Shown piece after piece: positions 1 to 9,811 of a DNA stretch of 51,207 bases. Where the stretch lies: contig JAHJTW010000142.1 of the NCBI GenBank assembly GCA_018829565.1, forward strand, positions 1-51,207. The letters run 5' to 3'. This stretch comes from a bacterium (GTDB lineage Bacteria > Krumholzibacteriota > Krumholzibacteriia > LZORAL124-64-63). Within the stretch, counting starts at the first letter, position 1, and each line of letters starts with the position of its first letter. Made by a program: the position numbers and the translations under genes. The notes under the pieces were generated by a model. It saw nothing but the letters and a program-made list of their open reading frames with translations, had not been told where the DNA came from and did no database searches.

Positions 1-1146
1 CCCGTAGTTCGTCACCGGGACCCCGGCCCGCCGGCACCGTTCCAGCCGGGTGCGCACCTCGCGGCGGTTGAGGGTGCAGCCCCCGCAGTGGATCACGAGG
101 TCGTACTCGGCCAGATCCGCAGGGAAGTCGTGGCCCTGGACGGTCGTGAACTCCAGGGGGGCGCCCACGTGGGCGGTCAACCAGCGGGGAATCTTCTCCC
201 GCCCGATGTCGTCCTCGACCGGGTGATGGGTGCAGGCCTCGGCCACCAGGACCCGGGCGCCCGGTCCGAGCCGGGCCGCCGCCGCAGCGCCCTCCGCCTG
301 CAGGCGCAGGTCACCGCGGAACCGGGCCATCAGGACCGAGAACCCGGTCAAGGGAACCGCGGCCGGCACCAGGGGAGCAACCTGGGCGAAGGCCTGGCTG
401 TCGGTCACCACCAGGGCCGGCGGTTCGCGCAACGAGGCGAGAGCCGACGCCAGACCGGTCTCCTTGACCACCAGGCAGGCCGCATCCCCGTCCAGCAGGT
501 CGCGGATGGCCTGGACCTGGGGCATGATCAGGCGGCCCACCGGCGCCTCCTCGTCAACGGGCACGACCAGGACGGCCGTCCCTCCTGCCGGCACCAGATC
601 GCGGACCAGGGGAGGCCCCGTCTCGCCTTCCGTCTGCAGGCCGGCGACGATCACCGCGCGGAGGTCGTCCAGCCCCGCGCCGGTCACGGCCGAGGTGGCC
701 ACGGCCGCGGCGCCGCACGCCCGCACCCGGTCCATCAGCTCGGCGGGCGCCGGGACCTGGTCGCTGCGGTTGAAGACCACCACCACCGGAACCCGGCGGC
801 CCTGCATCTCGGCCAGCATGCACCGTTCCTCGTCGCCCCAGCCGTCCGCCCCGGTCACCAGCAGGGCCAGATCCAGGCGGTCGAGCATCCGCCGCGTGCG
901 TTCGGCGCGCAGACCGCCGAGGTCGCCCACGTCGTCGAACCCCGCGGTGTCGATGAACACCACCGGCCCCACGGGCTGCAGCTCCATGGGCTTGGCCACC
1001 GGGTCGGTGGTCGTGCCGGGCGTCTCCGAGACGATGGCCACATCCTGGCGCACCAGGGCGTTCACCAGACTGCTCTTGCCGACGTTGCGCCGGCCGAGGA
1101 TCCCGATGTGGGCGCGGTCGCCCCGCAGGGCCGTGGCCTTTTTCAT
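1..1146 (-). CDS. hydF: [FeFe]-hydrogenase H-cluster maturation GTPase HydF (3' end runs off the window)
   Basis: Not in the ORF track; translated by hand from ATG 1146: MKKATALRGDRAHIGILGRRNVGKSSLVNAL (P-loop), DTAG, and FeS ligands EACTHH...IHCGGC...PVTNYG; directly follows hydG. Confidence 0.95.
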   Translation of the reverse strand, partial: MKKATALRGDRAHIGILGRRNVGKSSLVNALVRQDVAIVSETPGTTTDPVAKPMELQPVGPVVFIDTAGFDDVGDLGGLRAERTRRMLDRLDLALLVTGADGWGDEERCMLAEMQGRRVPVVVVFNRSDQVPAPAELMDRVRACGAAAVATSAVTGAGLDDLRAVIVAGLQTEGETGPPLVRDLVPAGGTAVLVVPVDEEAPVGRLIMPQVQAIRDLLDGDAACLVVKETGLASALASLREPPALVVTDSQAFAQVAPLVPAAVPLTGFSVLMARFRGDLRLQAEGAAAAARLGPGARVLVAEACTHHPVEDDIGREKIPRWLTAHVGAPLEFTTVQGHDFPADLAEYDLVIHCGGCTLNRREVRTRLERCRRAGVPVTNYG

Positions 1147-1174
1147 GACGTCCCTTTCGCCGGGGCCGCGGCCG

Positions 1175-2566
1175 TCAGCAGAACACGTCCCGGCGGCCCG
1201 AATGGACGGCGTCCAGCATGGCCTCGGCCCGTCGCCGGGGTTCGCCTTCCAGTTCGGCCAGGACCGCCCCGATGCGCTCCAGACCCTCCTTCAGGGTTTC
1301 CGGCGAGGCGTGATCCAGCAGGTACTCCAGGAAGCTGCTCAGTCCGTTGGGGTCGCAGTGGCGCTTGATCTCGCCCGGCTTCGCCAGGTCCATGAAGTCG
1401 GCGCCGGTGCGCCCCAGGCGATAGCAGCCGGTGCAGAACGAGGGGATGAAGCCCAGGGCCGCCACGTCCCGGACGACCTCGTCCAGGGGTCGGTGGTCGC
1501 CCAGGCTGAACTGCTCGGCCGCATGGGCCTCGGGATGGGCGTAGGCGCCCGGGCTGGTGCGGCTGCCTGCGGAAATCTGGGAGACGCCGAGGGCGAAGGT
1601 CTCCCGGCGGATGGCCGCCGATTCCCGGGTGGACATGATGATGCCCGTGTAAGGCACAGCCAGGCGCAGGATGGCCACGATGCGCCGGAAGTCGCGGTCG
1701 CCGACCGGATGGGGCGGATGGGCGGCCAGGGGCGAGCCCTCCGCCGGTTCCAGCCGCGGGACGCTGATGGTGTGGGGCCCCACGCCGAACCGCCGTTCCA
1801 GGTGGGCGACGTGCTGCAGCAGGGCCAGCAGCTCGAAGCGCCAGTCGGCCAGGCCGAACAGCACGCCCACCCCCACGTCGTCGACGCCGGCGGCGAAAGC
1901 CCGGTCCATGGCGCCCAGGCGCCAGTCGAAATCCATCTTGCGTCCGGCGCGATGGACAGCGTGATAGGTGTCGCGGTGGTAGGTCTCCTGGAAGATCTGG
2001 TAGGTGCCGATGCCGCGCTCCTTGAGCTGGCGGAACTGGTCGGTCTCCAGTGGCGCGACGTTGACGTTGACCCGCCGGATCTCCCCGCCCGGGCCCCGGA
2101 CCCCGTAGATGGTGTCGATGGCGTCCAGGACGTAGCCGAAGTCGTGACGGGGATAGGCCTCGCCCGCCACCAGCAGCACGCGCTTGTGACCCTCGGCCAC
2201 GAGGGCCGCCGTCTCCTCGGCGATTTCCCGCTGCGTCAGCGCCTTGCGCACCACCCCGCGGTTGCTGGACCGGAAGGCGCAGTAGGCGCAATCGTTGGCG
2301 CAGAGGTTCGAGACGTACAGGGGGGTGAACAGCACCAGGCGCTTGCCGTAGATGGTCTCCTTTACCGTGCGGGCAGCCGTGAAGATCTCCTCCAGCAGAT
2401 CGGGGTCCTCCACCCTGCCCAGGTCGGCGACTGCGGCGGCATCCAGGCCCTCCAGCTCCTGGGCTCGGGCCAGGATCCCGCGCACCCGCGATGCATCCGG
2501 CGCCGGGGCGCCGAGGGCCTCGGCGATGGAGGTCTCGTCGATCCTCGGTGCGGTCGACATGGTCAT
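1175..2566 (-). CDS. hydG: [FeFe]-hydrogenase maturation radical SAM protein HydG
   Basis: CANDCAYC radical-SAM motif, YQIFQETY, and C-terminal CTGC-x22-C auxiliary cluster motif (distinguishes it from ThiH). Start taken at the ATGA overlap with the upstream stop (2563-2566). Confidence 0.93.
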   Translation of the reverse strand: MTMSTAPRIDETSIAEALGAPAPDASRVRGILARAQELEGLDAAAVADLGRVEDPDLLEEIFTAARTVKETIYGKRLVLFTPLYVSNLCANDCAYCAFRSSNRGVVRKALTQREIAEETAALVAEGHKRVLLVAGEAYPRHDFGYVLDAIDTIYGVRGPGGEIRRVNVNVAPLETDQFRQLKERGIGTYQIFQETYHRDTYHAVHRAGRKMDFDWRLGAMDRAFAAGVDDVGVGVLFGLADWRFELLALLQHVAHLERRFGVGPHTISVPRLEPAEGSPLAAHPPHPVGDRDFRRIVAILRLAVPYTGIIMSTRESAAIRRETFALGVSQISAGSRTSPGAYAHPEAHAAEQFSLGDHRPLDEVVRDVAALGFIPSFCTGCYRLGRTGADFMDLAKPGEIKRHCDPNGLSSFLEYLLDHASPETLKEGLERIGAVLAELEGEPRRRAEAMLDAVHSGRRDVFC

Positions 2567-3723
2567 GGCGTGCCCCCCTCGGAGGCCGCCGTATCCCGGT
2601 CGAGCGTGACGGTGAAGGTCGTCCCCTCGTCGGGTGCGCTGGCCACGGTCACGTCTCCGCCGCAGAGCCGGGCCAGGCGGCGCACGATGCTCAGACCCAG
2701 GCCGCTGCCGCTGATGCCGCCGGTCTTCTCGTTCCTGATCCGGACGAACTCGCCGAACAGCCGCGCCGTCTCCTCGGGGCTCATCCCGATGCCCGTGTCG
2801 CTGACCGCGATCCCGAGACGGTCCGGCTCGCCCCCGTCGACCCGGACGGTGACGGTTCCAGCATCCCGGTTGTACTTCACGGCGTTGGACACCAGGTTGT
2901 TCAGGATGATCTCCAGTTCGCCGGCGTCGGCGTGCATCAGGGTGTCCCCGCGAAGGACGGTCTTCAGCTCGATGCCGCGGCGTTCGGCCTCCGGCGTGAA
3001 GGTCTCGATCACCCTGGCCACGACCACGGCCACATCGACCGCGCCGAGCTGCCTCTGCTTGGTCCCCGACTCGATGCGGGTCAGGTCGAGCAGGTCGAAG
3101 ATCAGCTTGCGCATGCCGCCGATGCGCTCCCGGCACCGCCCCACCACCGAGGCGGTCTTCTCGGGGTCCTGGGCCAGGATCCCGTCCTCCAGCAGCATCA
3201 GGTAACCCTCGACCGCCCCCAGCGGAGCCTTCAGCTCGTGGGCCAGGACCGAGAGGAACTCGAACCGGACCTGCCTCCGCTCCTTCGCCAGGCGGCGCGC
3301 TTCGCGGTCGGACACCACGTGCCGCGACGCCTTCTCCAGGACGTCCTCCAGCTCGTCGGGCGTGAACGGCTTGGCCAGGAAGTCGAAGGCGCCCTGCTTG
3401 GTGGCCCTCACCGCCATGTCCAGCGAGGCGTAAGCGGTGATCATGACCGTCAGGGGAGCGCCCTCGCGGCCGCGCAGGTCCTCCAGGATCTCCATGCCCA
3501 GCCGGCCCGGCATGGAGTGATCCAGCAGCAGGATGTCGAACCGCTCCTCGTCCAGCTTCCGGCGCGCCTCCTCGCCGTCGGCGGCCAGATCCACGGCGAA
3601 GGTGAAGTCGTCCCCGTAGCCCTCGACCGGGACCCTCATGCCGTCCAGGGCGCGGCGCACGCCCAGGCGGATGCCCGCCTCGTCGTCGGCGACCAGCACC
3701 CGCAGGACGTTGGGCTCAGACAT
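2563..3723 (-). CDS. Hybrid response-regulator receiver / sensor histidine kinase (REC-HisKA-HATPase)
   Basis: VLVADDE...LLLDHSMPG...KPF receiver; AHELKAPL H-box; NLVSNAVKYN, DTGIG, GSGLGL boxes. Confidence 0.92.
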   Translation of the reverse strand: MSEPNVLRVLVADDEAGIRLGVRRALDGMRVPVEGYGDDFTFAVDLAADGEEARRKLDEERFDILLLDHSMPGRLGMEILEDLRGREGAPLTVMITAYASLDMAVRATKQGAFDFLAKPFTPDELEDVLEKASRHVVSDREARRLAKERRQVRFEFLSVLAHELKAPLGAVEGYLMLLEDGILAQDPEKTASVVGRCRERIGGMRKLIFDLLDLTRIESGTKQRQLGAVDVAVVVARVIETFTPEAERRGIELKTVLRGDTLMHADAGELEIILNNLVSNAVKYNRDAGTVTVRVDGGEPDRLGIAVSDTGIGMSPEETARLFGEFVRIRNEKTGGISGSGLGLSIVRRLARLCGGDVTVASAPDEGTTFTVTLDRDTAASEGGTP

Positions 3724-4132
3724 GCCGGACCCCCAGGCGCTCGAGCTCGCGCTGGATCTGCTCGAAGCGCACGGGCTTGGCCAGCACCGCGTCGGCCTTG
3801 ATCCAGGCCTGCTGGCCGCGGTCGTCGCGCGAGAACTCCAGGCCGGTCTCGGCGGTCACCCCGGTGACCAGGAGCACGGGGATCGCAGGGTCGAGCTGCT
3901 TGATCCGGTAGGCGAGGGTGAAGCCCCCGTCCATCTGGTCCATCATCAGGTCGACCACCGCCAGATCGGGCAACCGCTCGGCCAGCCGCTCGCCGGCTTC
4001 TTTCTCGTTCCCGGCGGTGATCACGGTGTAGCCCTCGCGCTCGAAGCGCAGGGCGAGCTGGTCCAGGAAGTCCCGGTCGTCATCCACGAGCAGGACGCAC
4101 GGAGCGCCCTTGGGTTCAGGCGGGGTCGTCAT
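3716..4132 (-). CDS. Single-domain response regulator (receiver only)
   Basis: LLVDDD, DLAVVDLMM, LVTGV, AKPV; 138 aa with no output domain; overlaps both neighbours. Confidence 0.9.
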   Translation of the reverse strand: MTTPPEPKGAPCVLLVDDDRDFLDQLALRFEREGYTVITAGNEKEAGERLAERLPDLAVVDLMMDQMDGGFTLAYRIKQLDPAIPVLLVTGVTAETGLEFSRDDRGQQAWIKADAVLAKPVRFEQIQRELERLGVRHV

Positions 4133-6176
4133 GATTCCTCCCGTCGGGCCCGCCGCCGGGCAACGGGGGGTTCCCGTTGCGGGCCGGCAGCGTGATGGTG
4201 AAAGTCGTCCCGGTGGGGCCGCGCCCGGGATCGTGATTCGAGACGGCGGCGATGTCGCCCCGGTGCATCTTGACGATGCCGTAGCTGACGGCCAGGCCCA
4301 GCCCCGTGCCCTGGCCGTTGCGGCGGGTCGTGAAGAAGGGTTCGAACACCCGCGGCAGGACGTCAGGGGCGATACCCGGCCCGTTGTCCGCCACCGCGAT
4401 GGCGACCCGGTCGCTCCCCTGCGGCGCGCTCGTGATGGTGATGCGGGCCCCCGGGGAATCGCCCAGGGCAGCGACCGCGTTGTTCACCAGGTTGATCAGG
4501 ACCTGGCCCAGCTGGCCCGCATCGGCGGGGGCCTGCAGCCCGGGATCCTCGTGCCGGACCACCAGGGCCACGTTGGCCGGCATCACGCAGCCGCGCAGGG
4601 CGCCGTCGATCAGCTCGCCCATGGCCACCGGCTGCAGCTCCACCTTGTTCTGGCGGGCGAAGTCGAGCAGCCCGGCCACGATGGACTTGCAGCGGTCGGC
4701 CTGGTCGGCGATGAGGGAGAGCTCCTCGCGCAACCGGGCGTTGTCCCCGCACTCGCGCTGCAGCAGGTGCGCGTAGAGGATCACCACCCCCAGGGGATTG
4801 TTGACCTCGTGGGCGATGCCGGCCGCCAGCTGGCCCATGCTGGCCAGCCGTTCCGAATGCATGAGCTGCTCCTGGGTGCTGGCCAGCTCCTGGTGGGATT
4901 CGTGCAGCTGGTCCACGGTGCTGCGCAGCCGGTCGATGACGTAGGGCAGGCACATCTCGCTCTCGGCCATGCCCTTGAAGATCGCCACGGCGTGGGCCCG
5001 GCAGGTCTCGTAGCCGCAGGCCCGGCAGTTCAGCTCGTCCGTGTGGTCGAGCTTGCCCATGCGGGCCAGGATCTGGTCGATCTCGGGCTCGCTGGGCTCG
5101 CGCATCCGGCGATCGTCGGGCGCGAAGTTCCGGGCCAGGTCGAGATCGGCGCAGCGGTCCACCCAGATCTGCCAGTGCCCCGGATCGAATTCCCTCTGCC
5201 GCGACTTCACGTAGCGGCTGATGCGCGCGCGGCGGCGGAACATCGGCTCGGCGGTGGTCATGCCCGCCCCCATGATGCAGCCGTTGCAGCAGAGGATGTC
5301 CAGAAGTTCGGCGTCCAGGTCCCCGGCCTCGAACTCGCGGATCGCCTCGGGGAAGTACTGCCGGCCGTCCGCGCTGACCACGTGTCCGGTGGCGAGGTCC
5401 TCGCTCATGCCCGCCGCCTGCACCAGGCCCCGGGACAGGGGGAACACCGCGCCCAGTCCGGCGCGGGGGGCGTCGAAGGCCGCCGGCGGCGCCGTCCTTC
5501 CGTCCACGTCCAGGCGGGCGGCCAGCTTCCTGAGTTCGCGGAAGGTCAGGGCCGCCGCGACCTCGCCGTCGCCGTCCTGGCGCGCCGCCTCCCCCTTCTT
5601 GGCGATGCAGGGTCCAATGAACACCACCTTGAGGTCCCTGCCGAAGAGCCGGTGAAGGACCTTTGCGCTGGCGACCATGGGCGACACCAGCGGCAGGAGC
5701 GAGGCCGTCAGCTCGGGGTGGTAGTACTCGACGTAGGACACGATGGCCGGGCAGCTGGTGGAGACCCAGTGGCCGCCGGGGTGGTCCGCGAGGTGGGCCC
5801 GGGTCGCCGCCGCCACCAGGTCGGCGCCGAAACCGACCTCGTGCACCACGTCGAACCCCATGGCCCGCAGCATCCCCGCGAAGCGGTCCTCGCCCAGCTC
5901 GGGAAAATCGGCGGGGAACGAAGGGGCCACCGCCGCAGCCACCGGATCGGGGCCCGCCAGCAGCCGCTCGACCGCGTCCACCGAGTCGTAGACCAGCTTG
6001 GCGTCCTGGCTGCAGACCTCCACGCAGTTGCCGCAGCCGATGCAGCGCTCGTGGATGACCTGGGCCTGGCCGTCCGCGATGCGGATGGCCTTGGCCGGAC
6101 ACTCCCGCACGCAGGTGTAGCAGGTGCGGCAACGCTCTCCGATGGTCGTGACCAGGGCGATGCTTCCGGGCTCCAT
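4116..6176 (-). CDS. Putative sensory (group C-type) [FeFe]-hydrogenase fused to a histidine kinase
   Basis: N-terminal 2x[4Fe-4S] (CRTCYTCVRECP, CIGCGNCVEVC); divergent H-cluster motifs STSCP / GPCIAKKGE / DILCCNGCIMG; FeS domain CRACGYETC...C; then GIAHEVNNPL, NLVNNA, DNGPG, FEPFFTT, GTGLGL. Confidence 0.88.
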   Translation of the reverse strand: MEPGSIALVTTIGERCRTCYTCVRECPAKAIRIADGQAQVIHERCIGCGNCVEVCSQDAKLVYDSVDAVERLLAGPDPVAAAVAPSFPADFPELGEDRFAGMLRAMGFDVVHEVGFGADLVAAATRAHLADHPGGHWVSTSCPAIVSYVEYYHPELTASLLPLVSPMVASAKVLHRLFGRDLKVVFIGPCIAKKGEAARQDGDGEVAAALTFRELRKLAARLDVDGRTAPPAAFDAPRAGLGAVFPLSRGLVQAAGMSEDLATGHVVSADGRQYFPEAIREFEAGDLDAELLDILCCNGCIMGAGMTTAEPMFRRRARISRYVKSRQREFDPGHWQIWVDRCADLDLARNFAPDDRRMREPSEPEIDQILARMGKLDHTDELNCRACGYETCRAHAVAIFKGMAESEMCLPYVIDRLRSTVDQLHESHQELASTQEQLMHSERLASMGQLAAGIAHEVNNPLGVVILYAHLLQRECGDNARLREELSLIADQADRCKSIVAGLLDFARQNKVELQPVAMGELIDGALRGCVMPANVALVVRHEDPGLQAPADAGQLGQVLINLVNNAVAALGDSPGARITITSAPQGSDRVAIAVADNGPGIAPDVLPRVFEPFFTTRRNGQGTGLGLAVSYGIVKMHRGDIAAVSNHDPGRGPTGTTFTITLPARNGNPPLPGGGPDGRNHDDPA

Positions 6177-6179
6177 CGG

Positions 6180-7901
6180 CTACCTCAACGGGGTTCGCGC
6201 CTCGTAGTGCGTGTGCAGGAGTTCGTGGCTGAGTCCGGACAGCGGTTCGCCCAGGAAGTCGGCGTAGAGACTGCGGACGGCCGGGTTGGCGTGGGCGGTG
6301 CGGACGGTCTCGCCCTTGTCGATGCGGTAGAGGGCCCGCATGCGCGCGGTGATGGCCCCGGGCCTGGTCCCGATGGGCTGCCCGCCGCCGTTGATGCAGC
6401 CCCCCGGACAGGTCATCACCTCGACGAAGTGGATGTCTCGGCGGCCCTCCCGGATCTCATCGAGCAGTCTCCGGGCGTTGCCCAGCCCGCTGACCACGGC
6501 CACCCCCAGCTCCAGCTCGCCCACCTGGACCCGGGCCCGCTTGATCCCCTCCGGCCCACGCACCGGTTCGACCGTCAGGTCCTCCAGCTCGCGTCCGGTC
6601 ACCAGGAAGTGGGCCGTGCGGATGGCGGCCTCGGTGACTCCGCCCGAAGCCCCGAAGATCTTGCCGGCCCCCGACCGGCGGCCGAACGGCATGTCCGCCG
6701 GCTCGGGCGCCTGGTCACCGAGCTTCAGGCCGCGGCGACGCACCAGCTCGGCCAGTTCGCGGGTGGTCAGCACGGCGTCCACGTCCACCAGCCCCCCGCG
6801 CAGCATCTCCGACCGGCCGGCCTCGAACTTCTTGGCGGTGCAGGGCATGATCGAAACGCTGTAGATGCGCGCCGGATCGATCCCCTGGATCCCGGCGAAC
6901 CGGCTTTTGATGATGGCGCCCAGCATCTGCTGGGGGCTCTTGCAGGTGGACAGGTTGGGGATCAGGTCGGGGTAGAAGGTCTCGACGAACTTGATCCAGC
7001 CCGGCGAACAGCTCGTCATCAGCGGCAGGGGCCCGGCGCCCTGGAGGCGGGCCACCAGCTCGCTGGCTTCCTCCATCACCGTCAGGTCGGCGCTGAATGA
7101 GGTGTCGAACACCCGCGCGAAACCCAGCCGGCGCAGCAGGGCGTTCAGGGCGCCCTCCACGTCCCGGCCGGGCTTCTCGCCGAAGAGCTCGGCCAGGGAG
7201 ACCGAGATCGCCGGCGCCACCTGCACCACCGGCACCAGATCCGGATCCTGCAGGGCGGACTCGACCTGGTCGAGGTGCGAGCGCTCGGTCAAGGCCCCCG
7301 TGGGGCAGACCATCACGCACTGCCCGCAGTTGATGCAGCTGGAGATGTTCAGGCCCTCCCCGAAGGCGGTGTCGACCCGGGTCCCGCTGCCCCGGCCGGT
7401 GAAGTCGATGGCGGCGACGGTCTGGACCTCGGCGCAGGCGCGGATGCACCTGCCGCAGAGGATGCACTTGTCGGGGTCGCGGACGATGGCGGGGCTGGAG
7501 ATGTCCCGCGGCAGCCTGGTGCGCGAACCGGGCAGGCGGCGCTGCCGCACGCCCAGGTCTTCCGAAAGATCCTGCAACCGGCAGTTTCCGTGCTGGGCGC
7601 AGTAGAGACAGTCGTCGGGATGGTTGCTCAGCAGCAGCTCGACGATGGTCTTGCGCGCCCGCACCGCCCGCGGTGAATGGGTCTGGACCCTCATGCCCTC
7701 GGACACCGGGAACGAGCAGCTGGGCACCAGGTTGGGCGCCCCCTCGACCTCCACCACGCACAGGCGGCAGCTGCCCGTGGGCGGCAGACCTTCGTAGTGG
7801 CACAGGGTGGGCACCTGGATCCCGGCCCGGCGCAAGGCATCCAGCAAGGTCCCTCCCTCGCGCGCAGTGACCTGGCGGCCGTTGACCTCGATCATGGGCA
7901 T
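6180..7901 (-). CDS. hydA: [FeFe]-hydrogenase catalytic subunit, group A3-like (HydA/HndD)
   Basis: [2Fe-2S] domain, His-ligated cluster HPDDCLYC..C, 2x[4Fe-4S], H-cluster motifs TSCSPGW, MPCTAKKFE, EVMTCPGGCINGGGQP. Start ATG 7901 with GGAGG upstream (7895 is an alternative). Confidence 0.95.
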   Translation of the reverse strand: MPMIEVNGRQVTAREGGTLLDALRRAGIQVPTLCHYEGLPPTGSCRLCVVEVEGAPNLVPSCSFPVSEGMRVQTHSPRAVRARKTIVELLLSNHPDDCLYCAQHGNCRLQDLSEDLGVRQRRLPGSRTRLPRDISSPAIVRDPDKCILCGRCIRACAEVQTVAAIDFTGRGSGTRVDTAFGEGLNISSCINCGQCVMVCPTGALTERSHLDQVESALQDPDLVPVVQVAPAISVSLAELFGEKPGRDVEGALNALLRRLGFARVFDTSFSADLTVMEEASELVARLQGAGPLPLMTSCSPGWIKFVETFYPDLIPNLSTCKSPQQMLGAIIKSRFAGIQGIDPARIYSVSIMPCTAKKFEAGRSEMLRGGLVDVDAVLTTRELAELVRRRGLKLGDQAPEPADMPFGRRSGAGKIFGASGGVTEAAIRTAHFLVTGRELEDLTVEPVRGPEGIKRARVQVGELELGVAVVSGLGNARRLLDEIREGRRDIHFVEVMTCPGGCINGGGQPIGTRPGAITARMRALYRIDKGETVRTAHANPAVRSLYADFLGEPLSGLSHELLHTHYEARTPLR

Positions 7902-9811
7902 GTCTGCCTCCCCGCCCCGGTGGAGACCGCCCCGCGGCGGCAGGCCTCGAGGCACGAACCGCAGGCGATGCACACGGTCTGGTCGATGACGTGGGGCTCG
8001 CGCGGATCCCCGTGGATGGCATCCACCGGACAGACCCTGGCGCAGCGGGTGCAGCCGTTGCAGAGGGCCGGATCGATGGCGTAGGTCAGCAGCTCGGCGC
8101 AGACCCCGGCCGGGCAGCGGCGTTCGAAGATGTGGGCCTCGTACTCGTCGCGGAACCAGCGCAGGGTGCTCAGCACCGGGTTGGGCGCGGTCTGGCCCAG
8201 CCCGCACAGGGCGCTGTCCTTGATGACCCCGGCCAGTTCCTCCAGGTGCACCACGCCCTGGAAACGCTCAAGCGCCTGATGATCGTGCTCGCGGCGCGGA
8301 TGGCGGGTGATGCTCTGGAGGATCTCCAGCATGTGGCGCGTGCCCTCGCGGCAGGGGATGCACTTGCCGCAGCTCTCGCGCTGGATGAAGTCCATGAAGA
8401 ACTTCGCGACGTCCACCATGCAGTTGTCCTCGTCCATCACCACCAGCCCACCCGACCCCATCATGGCGCCCAGGGTCCTGATCGACTCGTAGTCGACAGG
8501 GACGTCCAGGCGGTCGGCGGGGATGCAGCCCCCGGAGGGCCCGCCGATCTGGACGGCCTTGAGCCTCTTGCCTCCGGGCGCGCCCCCGCCCACGTCCACG
8601 ATCACCGTCTGCAGGCTGGTGCCCATGGCCACCTCGACCAGGCCGGTGCGGCTCACCTTGCCCGACAGGGCGAACACCTTGGTGCCCTTGCTGCCGGCGG
8701 TGCCCAGGGCGGCGAAGGCCTCGGGCCCCCGTGCCACCAGTTCGGGCAGGTTGGCCAGGGTCTCGACGTTGTTGATCACCGTCGGCGCCCCGAACAGCCC
8801 CCTGGTGACCGGATAGGGCGGCCGCGGGCCCGGCATGCCCCGGCGCCCTTCGATGCTGGCGATCAGCGCGGTCTCCTCGCCGCAGACGAACGCCCCGGCG
8901 CCCTTCTTGAGGCGGATCTCCAGGTCCACCCCCGAACCCAGGACGTCGTGCCCCAGCAATCCCGCATGGCGCGCCTGCTCCAGGGCGTTGTCGAGGTGTC
9001 CGATGGCCAGGGGATACTCGGCCCTGATGTAGACGTAGGCCTTGGTCGCCCCGACGGCGTAGGCGGCGATCGCCATGCCCTCGACCAGACGATGCGGGTC
9101 GCCCTCGATCACGGCGCGGTCCATGAAGGCGCCCGGATCCCCCTCGTCGGCGTTGCAGATCAGGTACTTCTGCGTCGCCGGCGTTTCCAGGGCGAGGCGC
9201 CACTTGCGACCGGTGGGGAAGCCTCCGCCACCCCTGCCCCGCAGGCCGCTGCGCTCGACCAGTTCGCAGACTTCGCGCGGCTGCAGGGATCCGAGCACCG
9301 ACCGGAACGCCGCGTAGCCGCCCCGGGCCAGGTATTCGTCCAGGCTCCGCGGATCGATCAGTCCGCAGTTCTTGAGCACCCAGCGGGTCTGGGGGGCGAA
9401 GAAGGGATGGTCCCCGATGGCGGGAACCCCGTCCCAGGGGGTGTGGTCCTCGGCGGGGAACTGGAAGAGCGGCAGTTCGGGCCAGGCCCCGCCGCCCAGC
9501 ACCGAGGCGAGGATGGCCTCCGCCTTGTCCGGATCCACGTCGCCGAAGCAGAGGCGGGCCCTGCCCGGAAGCTGGACGTCCAGCAGGGGTTCGGACGCGC
9601 ACAAGCCGATGCAGCCCACCTCGACGACGTCCAGGTCCCAGCCCCGTTCCCCGGCGAGTTCCTTGACCCGCGCGAGGGTGCGGCCCGCCCCGGCGCCCAG
9701 ACCGCAGGTCCCGGTGCCCACCAGGACCACCGGACGCACCACGGTGTCGCGGCGCAGACGCCTGATCGCCGCGGGATCCCCGGCCGGCGTGAAGGAGATC
9801 GGCCCGATCAT
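7892..9811 (-). CDS. hydB: NuoF-like diaphorase subunit of multimeric [FeFe]-hydrogenase (HydB/HndC)
   Basis: GLRGRGGGGFPTG, CNADEGDPGAFMDR, GAGAFVCGEETAL, GGPSGG, ESCGKCIPCREG, C-terminal 2x[4Fe-4S]; start at ATGA overlap 9808-9811. Confidence 0.93.
   Translation of the reverse strand: MIGPISFTPAGDPAAIRRLRRDTVVRPVVLVGTGTCGLGAGAGRTLARVKELAGERGWDLDVVEVGCIGLCASEPLLDVQLPGRARLCFGDVDPDKAEAILASVLGGGAWPELPLFQFPAEDHTPWDGVPAIGDHPFFAPQTRWVLKNCGLIDPRSLDEYLARGGYAAFRSVLGSLQPREVCELVERSGLRGRGGGGFPTGRKWRLALETPATQKYLICNADEGDPGAFMDRAVIEGDPHRLVEGMAIAAYAVGATKAYVYIRAEYPLAIGHLDNALEQARHAGLLGHDVLGSGVDLEIRLKKGAGAFVCGEETALIASIEGRRGMPGPRPPYPVTRGLFGAPTVINNVETLANLPELVARGPEAFAALGTAGSKGTKVFALSGKVSRTGLVEVAMGTSLQTVIVDVGGGAPGGKRLKAVQIGGPSGGCIPADRLDVPVDYESIRTLGAMMGSGGLVVMDEDNCMVDVAKFFMDFIQRESCGKCIPCREGTRHMLEILQSITRHPRREHDHQALERFQGVVHLEELAGVIKDSALCGLGQTAPNPVLSTLRWFRDEYEAHIFERRCPAGVCAELLTYAIDPALCNGCTRCARVCPVDAIHGDPREPHVIDQTVCIACGSCLEACRRGAVSTGAGRQTCP

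Noticed and set aside
1175-2566. ThiH (thiazole biosynthesis) as an alternative call
   Set aside because: The C-terminal CxxC-x22-C motif and position beside hydF/hydA favour HydG.
1175-3136. ORF-track N-terminal extensions suggesting fusions (hydG; also 6180-8207, 15248-17779, 34290-36989, 44904-46034)
   Set aside because: The extensions overlap neighbouring real genes in other frames; internal starts with RBS or stop/start overlaps explain them.
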